A stretch of DNA of 64,000 nucleotides, from the NCBI GenBank assembly GCA_963843575.1, contig CAWJKZ010000019.1, positions 224,001 to 288,000 on the forward strand, in the 5' to 3' direction. The stretch comes from an uncultured Acidobacteriota bacterium (GTDB lineage: Bacteria > Acidobacteriota > UBA6911). The position numbers and the translations under genes were made by a program. Positions 42,203 to 50,651 of the stretch are shown here, piece after piece (the first letter of the stretch is position 1; each line of letters starts with the position of its first letter). Below the pieces are notes generated by a model. It made no database searches and had not been told where the DNA came from. It was given only the letters and a program-made list of their open reading frames with translations.

Positions 42203-43852
42203 ATGATGCGCAGATCTCTATGTTTTCTGATAGCTTGCCTTCTGGTAATTTGTGCCGCGGCACAAGAACGGAGTGCGGTGGGCAGGGGCGTGGCGGTCTC
42301 GGGCAGCGCCGCAGCAACAGCCGCCGGCGTTCGGATCCTGGAGCAGGGCGGAAATGCCGCCGACGCGGGAGCCGCCACGCTACTGGCCCTCAGCGTTACC
42401 ACGGTCGGCGCCTTCTGTATTGGCGGCGAGGTACCCGTCCTGATCTACGATGCCTCCAGGAAGGATGTGAAGGTCCTGGCCGGGCAGGGCGGTGCGCCCC
42501 TGGATCCGAAAGCCATCGAGTGGTACCTGGAAAATGGGATCCCGGGAGGTGAAGTGCGGGCCGCCCCGGTCCCTGCCGCCCTGGATCTGATCGTGACCCT
42601 GCTGAAGCGGAACGGCACCAGGAGCTTTCGCGAGATTGCGGAGCCCACCCTGACCATCCTGGATGCGGGCGGTCCCAGCTGGTACATCGACACCTCGGAC
42701 CGGACAAGGATCGAGACGGGCCGCAACTGGCGCGCAGACCTCGCCGTCACCTTTCGCAAATTGGTGGATGCCGAACAGAAGGCTCGGGGCAGCCGCGAGA
42801 ACCGGCTCCGGGCGGTGGCGGACAGGTTCTACCGCGGAGACATCGCGGACGCACTGGAGCGGTGGTACATCGAAAAGGGCGGCTTTCTGCGCAAGGCCGA
42901 TCTGGCGGCGCACCGGACGCGCGTGGAAGACCCGGTCCGGGTCAACTATCGTGGCTACCAGGTCTTGAAGTGCGGCCCATGGACGCAGGGCCCATACCTT
43001 CTCGAATCTCTGCGCCTCCTGGAAGGGTTCGATCTGAAACAGATGGGCTTCGCTTCGGCGGACTACGTGCACGTGGTGACGGAGGCGATGAAGCTCGCCC
43101 TCGCGGACCGGGACGAGTACTACGGCGATCCGCTGTTCACCAGGGTGCCGCTCAAGGCCCTGCTTTCCGACCGATACACCAGGATCCGCCGGCCTTTGAT
43201 CGACATGAAGAGGGCGTCACTGGAGGTTCGTCCCGGCGATCCCTACGGCATGCGGCCCCTCAAGAAGCCCTGGTCGCCTTCCCGTGCTCCGGGAGGCACC
43301 ACCGTCATGTGCGTGGCGGATCGCTGGGGCAACGTCGTCGCTGCCACTCCCAGCGGGTTGGGCAGCACGGCAGGCGTTGCCGGCGACACCGGCATCATCC
43401 ACGGCACGCGCTTGACCAGCCTCAATTCCTGGAAAGGCCATCCCAATTGCATCGCCCCCGGCAAGCGGCCGCGCGTCACCCTCACTCCCACGCTCGTGCT
43501 CAAGGGCGGCAGGCCGGTTGTGGCCATTGCCGTTGCCGGAGGCGATTTGCAGGATCAGGCGGCCCTGCAGCTTATCCTCGAATACATCGATTTCGGGATG
43601 GGAGCGGAGGAGGCCATGGCTGCGCCCCGGTTCGCCACCGTGCATCATACCGGCTCGTTCGGACAGGACAAGCCGCGCCTGGGCAGCCTACAGGTCAACG
43701 TGAAGATACCCGAAGCTGTTCGCGAAGATCTGAAGAATCGCGGCCACGTGTTGACCACGACAAAGGGTGCCATCGGAGGAGCTGCGATGCTTGTCATCGA
43801 CCCGGCGAACAAGGTCCACGGCGTGGGTCCTGCGGCCGGAAAGGTCAACTGA
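42203..43852 (+). CDS. Exported gamma-glutamyltransferase family protein
   Basis: GGNAADA, FYRGDIA, ADRD.YYGDP, GTT (Thr nucleophile), PGKRP. Confidence 0.9.
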   Translation: MMRRSLCFLIACLLVICAAAQERSAVGRGVAVSGSAAATAAGVRILEQGGNAADAGAATLLALSVTTVGAFCIGGEVPVLIYDASRKDVKVLAGQGGAPLDPKAIEWYLENGIPGGEVRAAPVPAALDLIVTLLKRNGTRSFREIAEPTLTILDAGGPSWYIDTSDRTRIETGRNWRADLAVTFRKLVDAEQKARGSRENRLRAVADRFYRGDIADALERWYIEKGGFLRKADLAAHRTRVEDPVRVNYRGYQVLKCGPWTQGPYLLESLRLLEGFDLKQMGFASADYVHVVTEAMKLALADRDEYYGDPLFTRVPLKALLSDRYTRIRRPLIDMKRASLEVRPGDPYGMRPLKKPWSPSRAPGGTTVMCVADRWGNVVAATPSGLGSTAGVAGDTGIIHGTRLTSLNSWKGHPNCIAPGKRPRVTLTPTLVLKGGRPVVAIAVAGGDLQDQAALQLILEYIDFGMGAEEAMAAPRFATVHHTGSFGQDKPRLGSLQVNVKIPEAVREDLKNRGHVLTTTKGAIGGAAMLVIDPANKVHGVGPAAGKVN

Positions 43853-43914
43853 TGACCGACAAGCCTGCGTCTGCTGTCGGCCCTGGCGTCTTTGGAATCA
43901 TCAGATGAACACAG

Positions 43915-44005
43915 CAGAACGCGGATCTTCGCGGATCTGACCGATTCACGCGGATCGGCCGTGTCACCAGGTCAAACTCCCCGTGCAACCGCGAAAATCC
44001 GCGTC
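43915..44005. repeat. Palindromic (C)GCGGAT-rich repeat element, copy 1
   Basis: cagaacgcggat...gattcacgcggatcg...atccgcgtc, similar to 50430..50521. Confidence 0.65.
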
Positions 44006-44014
44006 ACCGTCCCA

Positions 44015-44128
44015 ACCGTTTACGACTGTGCATACATCCACGTCGCGCGACTGACCGATGCCCCGCTGATTACCGCCGATCGCCTGCAGGCCGCCGCAGC
44101 CCGCTCCTGTGGAATGGCGGAGTTCTGA
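44015..44128 (+). pseudogene. C-terminal fragment of a PIN-domain (VapC-like) protein
   Basis: TVYDCAYIHVARLTDAPLITADRLQAAAARSCG matches the YDxxY...LxTxD PIN tail. Confidence 0.65.
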
Positions 44129-44407
44129 TTGAGGATTACCTCTGAGACCGGGCTCGGATTCCTCATTCCGAACGCTGCTTTGGCTTAATCCGCGGATGAT
44201 CTGGCAAATTGTCAGCGCATGCATCCTCCTTTGCCTTTTCTAGTCGAGTAGATCCGGGACCATCCGCAATCCCCAATTCTACCCTTGGCGGCGTATGATG
44301 TGCCGATTCTCATCGGCGCCGGCGCGATCCTGACGGCTGCGCCCCTGCTGGCGGTGCTTTCCCGTGCCGCGCACCCGGCCTTGGCCGGCAGCCGCCGGCA
44401 GGCGGTT

Positions 44408-46141
44408 TTATTTCCCCAGCGCCTGCCTGATCAGGGGCGCGAGCTTCTCCGCCGCGACCCGGTTCCCGTCGAGGTTCAGGTGCACCCGGTCGGTGGTATG
44501 GGCTTGGGGATCGATCCAACCGGTGGTGTCCACGAAATAGACCGATTTTTCGCCCGACTCACGCAGCGCATCCACTGTCTTATGGATGGCATCGCCGTGG
44601 GCCCCCGCAAAAGGTCTCAGGCAGAAAATGGCGGCGGCAGGATAGGTGCGCCGGATGGTTTCGATGTAATGCCTGTACAAAGGGGCGAACACGTCGTCGT
44701 TCACACCGCGGTCGTTAGTCCCCATGTTGACGACGACCGCGTCGGGCAGGCGCTCTTTGTCGACCGGCGCGCCGGCATAAACGAGGGGAAAGCTGTAGGA
44801 ACCGGGGGGCACGCCCCCGTAGCCGTTGATGGACAGCCCCAACCGTCCGAAGCCGGCGATCCGCGGCTCGGCCCCGAGCATCACCGCGCTCTGGTATGCC
44901 CAGGTTCTCCTCCCGTCGCTGTATTGAGGCCAGCGCTCGCGCGCAAGTGGCCCGTTGCCCGTGGGAACCAGCACCAGGATGCCTTCGGTAATGCTGTCCC
45001 CGAGGTACTCTATGATGCGGGCCGGGCGAGGCGGCGGTTCTGTCATCTCCCCGCCGGCGGCCAGGGTCATGCCGCGGAACACGATGCTGCTCTCCAGCGG
45101 CGGGTCCCACCGGCGTTCCCATTCCCGGAATCCCTTGACCACGACCCGGATGACGTGGTCGGTGGCGGCAAGCGGCTCGCGGCTGATCTGCAGTTCCTCC
45201 GCAGGCGCCACGACCTGCCATTCCCGGTCGTCGACCTGAAGCCACAGCGTCGGGAACTGCTGCGGGTAGTGCGTGGTCGAAAAGTGCAGCGTGGCCCCGG
45301 TTCCCCGGAAGCCACAGATGAGCGTGCTCCCGGTATTGACCGTGACCGCCCCGGATTCGGCCGCATTGCGCCTGTCCCAGCGCCCCCAGTACTGAAAACG
45401 GGCGTCGGAGGCGGCGAATTGAGGAGCGGCCGGATACGTCTCGCGCAGGATAACCGACATCGGCACCCCCATCGCACGCAGGATGGCGGCGCCCATCAGG
45501 AAGTCTCCTGCCGGCTTCATGTGAACACCGTCGCTGGTGGGGTGAAAATCGGGTGCACCGCCGGTCTGGGTCGAGCGCAGCGTGAGGTTGAACAGGTCGT
45601 TCAGATCGACCAGGCGGCAGTTTTTCCCGGCCGCGATGCGACGCACGGCCTCGCAGTAGTCCTCCAGCCGCACATTCTCAGGCGAATTCAGGTCCTCCTT
45701 GATGATCGTAGGGGTCAGGAGATAAACCTCCGCCCTGGTCTCCGCCCGAAGGTCGTCGACGATTTTGGAGATCAGCCGCGCATAGGTGTCCAAATCCACT
45801 CCCCTGGGCGGGTCGTAGAATCCGTGCCAGACGTCGTTGACCCCACACGACACCGTTACGACGGTCGGCTGCCTGTCGATGACATCGCGTTTGAGGCGCG
45901 CCGACATATCGGTGGACTTGTGCCCGCCGATGCCGGCGTTGACAATCTCCACCTGCATGTCGGGGTAGTTTCGCTCCAGCACCTTCTTCATGAAGTTCAG
46001 GTAGCCGCCCGCCTGGGTGATGCTGTCGCCGAGCGCGACGATTCGGTCCCCCTTCCTGAGACGCAGCGTGGGCTGCGCCTGCAGCGTGGCACCCATCAGC
46101 GATAGGGCAAGGAACGACAGAAGAAGTCGGCGCGTGGACAT
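44408..46141 (-). CDS. Exported double SGNH/GDSL esterase (second module CE2-like)
   Basis: Signal peptide, GDSIT...G.ND...DGVH, then GDSITEG...GTND...DRVH. Confidence 0.85.
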   Translation of the reverse strand: MSTRRLLLSFLALSLMGATLQAQPTLRLRKGDRIVALGDSITQAGGYLNFMKKVLERNYPDMQVEIVNAGIGGHKSTDMSARLKRDVIDRQPTVVTVSCGVNDVWHGFYDPPRGVDLDTYARLISKIVDDLRAETRAEVYLLTPTIIKEDLNSPENVRLEDYCEAVRRIAAGKNCRLVDLNDLFNLTLRSTQTGGAPDFHPTSDGVHMKPAGDFLMGAAILRAMGVPMSVILRETYPAAPQFAASDARFQYWGRWDRRNAAESGAVTVNTGSTLICGFRGTGATLHFSTTHYPQQFPTLWLQVDDREWQVVAPAEELQISREPLAATDHVIRVVVKGFREWERRWDPPLESSIVFRGMTLAAGGEMTEPPPRPARIIEYLGDSITEGILVLVPTGNGPLARERWPQYSDGRRTWAYQSAVMLGAEPRIAGFGRLGLSINGYGGVPPGSYSFPLVYAGAPVDKERLPDAVVVNMGTNDRGVNDDVFAPLYRHYIETIRRTYPAAAIFCLRPFAGAHGDAIHKTVDALRESGEKSVYFVDTTGWIDPQAHTTDRVHLNLDGNRVAAEKLAPLIRQALGK

Positions 46142-46299
46142 GGCTCTCTCCCGGGACAAAGGATTCGACTCATCATACAATCTGCAACTCTCGTTGTGTC
46201 TTATGCCAGAGTGCGGTCGACGATGGCCTCCGTCGCCGGATCCCAGTAGAGCTTTTCCCCTCGCAGTCATAACGCGTGGCCATAATGCAGGCACCCGAG

Positions 46300-46499
46300 T
46301 GGGCATACCCCCGCCTGGCGAGCTGCGACACTGTCCACCCCAGGCCGCGCCCGCGATTGCCGACACCGATATGCCCGAGCATGATGCGGTCGCTCGCGCC
46401 CGGGATGCGTCCGTAAGAGAGCGCCGACAAAGCCGGCGCCGCGATCGGCGGAGGCGTGCGGTCAAGAATGGTTCTTCGCGTAATCCGGTTGTCGTCCGT
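46300..46499 (-). pseudogene. N-terminal remnant of a Tat-exported Gfo/Idh/MocA oxidoreductase
   Basis: GGAGG RBS followed by ACG where ATG is expected, then DDNRITRRTIL...SYGRIPGASDRIMLGHIGVGNRG, after which similarity ends. Confidence 0.7.
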
Positions 46500-46780
46500 T
46501 CTTTCCTCCGCCCGTTATCCCGGATTCTTACACGAAGGCGCCCTCGATTTGGATGGGAATTCGTATGTACCACGTTCCTGAATTGTGCCTTTTGTGACAA
46601 GAAGTGGACGTAAGTGGCGTGGGCAATTCCCGGTCGCGCGGACTGTATATCCTCATCGATGAACGTTTCGGGCTTGGTCTCTTTCCCGGGGCGCCCCCCA
46701 AGAACGCCGGAGCGATCCGGTTCCCCACGGTCGCGTCTTTCGACCGCAGGTCCCCCCCAGGTAAGTAAGGTAGCTGCAAT

Positions 46781-46850
46781 CGCGAGCAGTTTTGATCGGA
46801 CGCGTGAGCAAAACTGAACAGACACGTGAGCACCCCTGGGGTATAAAAAT
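46781..46850 (+). promoter_or_regulatory. Conserved promoter element, copy A
   Basis: cgcgagcagttttgatc-N6-gtgagcaaaactgaa-cagaca-N17-tataaa. Confidence 0.75.
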
Positions 46851-46975
46851 TGCGGGTCCGGCAGGATCAACCGTTTTTTCCAGGGCGTGGAAGTCCACTG
46901 CAGCCTGGCCAAAAGCACTGAACGGGGCGCGAACCCTTTTGGGTTTTGCTTCAAACAGACAGCGGGAGGTTTATC

Positions 46976-47161
46976 GTGTCTTTAATTAGTCTCGTCATGG
47001 TCTTGATCGTAGTCGGCGTTCTCCTTTGGCTGGTGAATAACTATATTCCAATGGCGGGCTCAATCAAAAGGATCCTGAATGCCGTCGTGGTTATCGCCGT
47101 GGTTTTGTGGCTCTTGAATGCTTTTGGAGTTCTCAGTTCCCTCTCCAGGATACGCATCTGA
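46976..47161 (+). CDS. Small two-TM membrane protein (Thivi_2564-like)
   Basis: GGAGG and a GTG start, then LIVVGVLLWLVNNYIPMAGSIKRILNAVVVIAVVLWLL. Confidence 0.8.
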   Translation: MSLISLVMVLIVVGVLLWLVNNYIPMAGSIKRILNAVVVIAVVLWLLNAFGVLSSLSRIRI

Positions 47162-47242
47162 GGGGAAGCACAGGCGGACAATGATAATTCGTGCCTGTTT
47201 ATGCCCGCTTTGCAGCCAAGCGGCAATGGAAAGGATGTTTTC

Positions 47243-47902
47243 ATGCCAAGTAAGAAAAGCTCGCCTGTCGATTGGGAAGCCGTTCTCGCTGGAATCTCTC
47301 ACGGGAAGACCATTTCGGAATACGGCCCGGACCGCCGCATCTTCGATCAAGGACAAGCCGCGGATTCCATATTCTATCTTCGACAGGGAAAGGTGAAGCT
47401 GTCGGTTATATCCAAACAGGGCAAGGAAGCGATCGTCGCGACACTGGGCGCCGGCGAGTTCCTCGGCGAGGGGTGCCTCGCAGGGCAGCCGTTACGCATG
47501 GCAACGGCTACAACTGTCACGGAGTGCAGCCTCTTCCGGATCGAGAAGGTGTTGATGCTGCGCGTGCTTCACGAGAAGCACGAGATCTCGGAATTGTTTG
47601 TCGCTCATTTGCTTTCTCGAAATGTCCGATATGAAGCGGATCTCGTGGACCAGCTTTTCAATTCGAGCGAAAAGCGTCTGGCGCGGATCCTCCTCCTGCT
47701 CGCTCATTTTGGCAAGGAAAGCAGAGCCGAACGTGTGTTTCCCGAAGTCAGTCAGGATAACCTTGCACAAATGATCGGCACGACCCGGTCGCGGGTCAGT
47801 CATTTCATGAACAAGTTCAGGAAGTTGGGCTTTATCGATTACAGCGATAACGACGGCCTGACGGTCAACAGTGGCCTGCTCAGCGTGGTTCTGCACGACT
47901 AG
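47243..47902 (+). CDS. Crp/Fnr family transcriptional regulator
   Basis: cNMP-like domain (GEFLGEGCL..QPLR), SEKRLAR and the HTH LAQMIGTTRSRVS. Confidence 0.92.
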   Translation: MPSKKSSPVDWEAVLAGISHGKTISEYGPDRRIFDQGQAADSIFYLRQGKVKLSVISKQGKEAIVATLGAGEFLGEGCLAGQPLRMATATTVTECSLFRIEKVLMLRVLHEKHEISELFVAHLLSRNVRYEADLVDQLFNSSEKRLARILLLLAHFGKESRAERVFPEVSQDNLAQMIGTTRSRVSHFMNKFRKLGFIDYSDNDGLTVNSGLLSVVLHD

Positions 47903-48090
47903 GCCTGCGACTTTCTGCCGCCACCCTGGAAACACCGGAATCGCAGCCCGTGCGGGATTCGGCCCTGCAGGGGGAGTGCCATACTCGGGCCCCGAACACC
48001 CGAATGCAGCCCAAGTCAACAAGCTCCGGATCAGTTGGCAAACCGGGCGAAGGCACAGATTCCTGCCAGGTTTCCCGGGCCACTGACCGG

Positions 48091-48160
48091 CGTGAGCAAT
48101 CTTGATCTCCTCCGTGAGCTGTACTGAACTGACACGCTATCCACCCTAAAGTATAAATAC
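48091..48160 (+). promoter_or_regulatory. Conserved promoter element, copy B
   Basis: cgtgagcaatcttgatc-N6-gtgagctgtactgaa-ctgaca-N17-tataaa. Confidence 0.75.
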
Positions 48161-48416
48161 TGCAGCTCGAGTTGCCGGAAAGAACCGGAGGACAATCCGG
48201 TAGTCTGATAGTTTTCAGTGCGATTAATGGCTTGGTTCTCGACACCTGAGACCAGCGCATTACCGAAATCACAGGCAAAGAGGTGGCCCCGTCCACAGCG
48301 GTCGCGATGCTGCCTTCTTTGTTGGATCAACCACTCGATACCAGGAACAAGGCCGCTTGTGACAGTACTGCTAGTTTAAGAGTGCATGTCATGTTGTCAA
48401 AGAAGGGATGTGGAAT

Positions 48417-50099
48417 ATGAGATTGATAAGCATGTTTCTGGCGTTATGTGGCTTGTCGTGCGGTTTGCTGTCCGCACAGACGCCGCAGGCCGCGAATGAG
48501 ACACAGCAGTTGGTTCAAGGCCAACCGGACAGTTCGATACCTGTTTATCGCGTCACCGTGATTGAACGGACCATGAAGGCGATAAACTACCAACACCGAA
48601 GCGGCGCCACAAAGATCGATTTCCGCGGCACCGATCTCCTGCCGATGGCCCATGGAGAGGCCAAAGTGGAGAGCAAAAAGGGCTACATCGAGATCGAAGT
48701 GGAATTCGATAAACTGCAGCCGGCCAGCAAGCACGGGGCCGAATACCTCACCTACGTGCTCTGGGCCATTACCCCGGAAGGCCGCACGGCCAACCTGGGC
48801 GAGATTCTCCTGAACGGAAGCAGCGGCAAGCTGAACGTGACCACCGAGTTGCAGGTCTTCGGCCTTGCTGTGACGGCAGAGCCTTACTTCGCGGTGACCA
48901 TGCCAAGCAACCTGGTCGTGATGGAAAACGTGGTGCGCGGCGACACGAAGGGCAAGATCGAGGAGATGGACGCCAAGTACGAATTGCTGCAGAGAGGCCA
49001 GTATGAACGTTTGGTGAATCCGCTGGCGCTGAAAAGCGATCCGAAGGTGCCGCTGGAACTCTACGAGGCACGCAACGCTGTTCAGATCGCCCGTGCCATC
49101 GGCGCGGACCAGTTCGCCTTAGAAACCTTCACCAAGGCCGAAAACAGCTTGAAGCAGGCCGAGGCTTACCAGGCGCGCAAAGCGGGGCGCAGACCTGTAA
49201 CCATGACGGCTCGGGAGGCGGTGCAGACCGCGGAGGATTCCAGAGCAATCGCGGTGCGGCGCCAGGAGGAAGAGCGTCTTGCGAGCGAACGCCAGGCGGG
49301 CGCGGACCGAGAAGCGCTGGCCAAAGCAGAGACCGAGACCGAGGCACGCCTGAGGGCGCAGGCAGAAAGCGACCAGAGGATGGAGGCTGACCGACGGGCG
49401 CGTGCCGAGGCTGAACGGAACGCGGCCCAGTCCGAAACCGCGATTGTCAAACTCGAGGCCGAGGCAACGCGAGTTGCCGCTCAGACAGAGGCTGATCGTG
49501 TCCGACGCGAGAACGACGCGGCGCGCGACGCGGCTCAGGCCGAAGCCGAGCGGGCAGCACGTTCGGCAGCGCAAGCCGAGGCTGACAGGACGCTGCTGGC
49601 AACTCAGGAGGCCGACCGCCTGCGGCTGAAGGCAGAGGCTGAAAAGGCGGAGCTGCGCGCTCAGCTATTGAGCCAATTTAACTTGATTCTCGAAACTCGC
49701 GATACGGCCCGCGGCCTGATCGTGAACATGTCGGACGTTCTTTTTGACACGGCCAAGTACACGCTGCGCCCCGGAGCACGTGAGAGGCTCGCCAAAGTCG
49801 CTGGCATTCTGCTGGGACACCCGGGCCTAAAGCTGGCGGTAGAAGGCCATACAGATAGTGTGGGTGGCGAGTCGTACAACCAGCACCTCTCCGAACAACG
49901 AGCCGGATCGGTGCGCGACTATCTCATCCAACAGGGGATTTCGGAGATGAACTCGTCTCCGGCCAAAGGGTTTGGCGAGTCACAGCCCGTAGCCACGAAC
50001 GATACCGCCGCCGGCCGGCAGCACAATCGGCGCGTAGAACTCATTGTCTCCGGCGAACTCATCGGTACGCAGATCGCCTCGGTAGGCGGTTCGCAGTAG
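48417..50099 (+). CDS. OmpA-family peptidoglycan-binding protein with a long Ala/Glu/Arg coiled coil
   Basis: Signal peptide, VLFDT, EGHTDS.G...YN..LS..RA, NRRVE. Confidence 0.9.
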   Translation: MRLISMFLALCGLSCGLLSAQTPQAANETQQLVQGQPDSSIPVYRVTVIERTMKAINYQHRSGATKIDFRGTDLLPMAHGEAKVESKKGYIEIEVEFDKLQPASKHGAEYLTYVLWAITPEGRTANLGEILLNGSSGKLNVTTELQVFGLAVTAEPYFAVTMPSNLVVMENVVRGDTKGKIEEMDAKYELLQRGQYERLVNPLALKSDPKVPLELYEARNAVQIARAIGADQFALETFTKAENSLKQAEAYQARKAGRRPVTMTAREAVQTAEDSRAIAVRRQEEERLASERQAGADREALAKAETETEARLRAQAESDQRMEADRRARAEAERNAAQSETAIVKLEAEATRVAAQTEADRVRRENDAARDAAQAEAERAARSAAQAEADRTLLATQEADRLRLKAEAEKAELRAQLLSQFNLILETRDTARGLIVNMSDVLFDTAKYTLRPGARERLAKVAGILLGHPGLKLAVEGHTDSVGGESYNQHLSEQRAGSVRDYLIQQGISEMNSSPAKGFGESQPVATNDTAAGRQHNRRVELIVSGELIGTQIASVGGSQ

Positions 50100-50135
50100 G
50101 AAGTTTGAATATTTGGCGTAGTTGGAGGATGGTAA

Positions 50136-50161
50136 CAGGGGCACGGCGCACCGTGCCCCTG
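50136..50161. repeat. REP-like perfect hairpin
   Basis: caggggcacgg-cgca-ccgtgcccctg (11-bp stem), just after the ompA-like gene. Confidence 0.6.
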
Positions 50162-50429
50162 AATTCCTACCACTCCTCCCCGGGCGACCTGCCGGAGACC
50201 ATCCCCTTGCGAAGGTCAAGACGACTCGCACCCGCCACCGCCGGCCCCGCGTTACGAAAGACAGTTTCTTCTGGAATCATTGAACACGAACAGCGTTACC
50301 GCCTGCGATGTAAGCTCCTGCAATCGTTCCCGCACTGATGATCGCTCGCTTCGGATTGGGCTTCTCAAGGCCCAGCTCGAATTTTTCAGGACGCAGAACA
50401 ACACGGGCGATGAAAAACCAAAGCCAAAA

Positions 50430-50521
50430 CAGAACGCAGATTCCGCGGATCCAACGGATTCACGCGGATCGACCGCGGCTGTCGCAAGGTCGATCTGTGG
50501 GGATCCGCGCGCATCCGCGTC
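50430..50521. repeat. Palindromic (C)GCGGAT-rich repeat element, copy 2
   Basis: cagaacgcagattccgcggatccaacggattcacgcggatcg...atccgcgtc. Confidence 0.65.
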
Positions 50522-50651
50522 CTGAAAAATACTTTAGCGTATTTGTGAACATCAGTACTTGGTCTGCGCTCTGATTGACTCACGACGCGGACCGGATGCA
50601 TGATCTTCCTATTCCCGGGCACGATTGGGTTTTCCTTGAGGAGAGGCTTTT

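Noticed and set aside
44285-44400. Short hydrophobic stretch resembling an ABC permease C-terminus
   Set aside because: It is too short and degenerate to support a call.
2792-46105. Long antisense or alternate-frame ORFs (e.g. 2792..4420, 17554..19758, 10420..11937, 44285..46105)
   Set aside because: They shadow well-supported genes on the opposite strand and have no motifs. This is expected in high-GC DNA.
46142-46954. N-terminal extension of the SGNH ORF to 848 aa
   Set aside because: It runs through a pseudogene remnant and a promoter. The RBS and signal peptide indicate a start at 46141.
49260-49660. Repetitive DNA inside the ompA-like gene
   Set aside because: It is explained by Ala/Glu/Arg coiled-coil coding and is not an independent repeat.
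50270-50430. Possible decayed small gene next to the palindromic repeat
   Set aside because: No convincing motif or reading frame was found.
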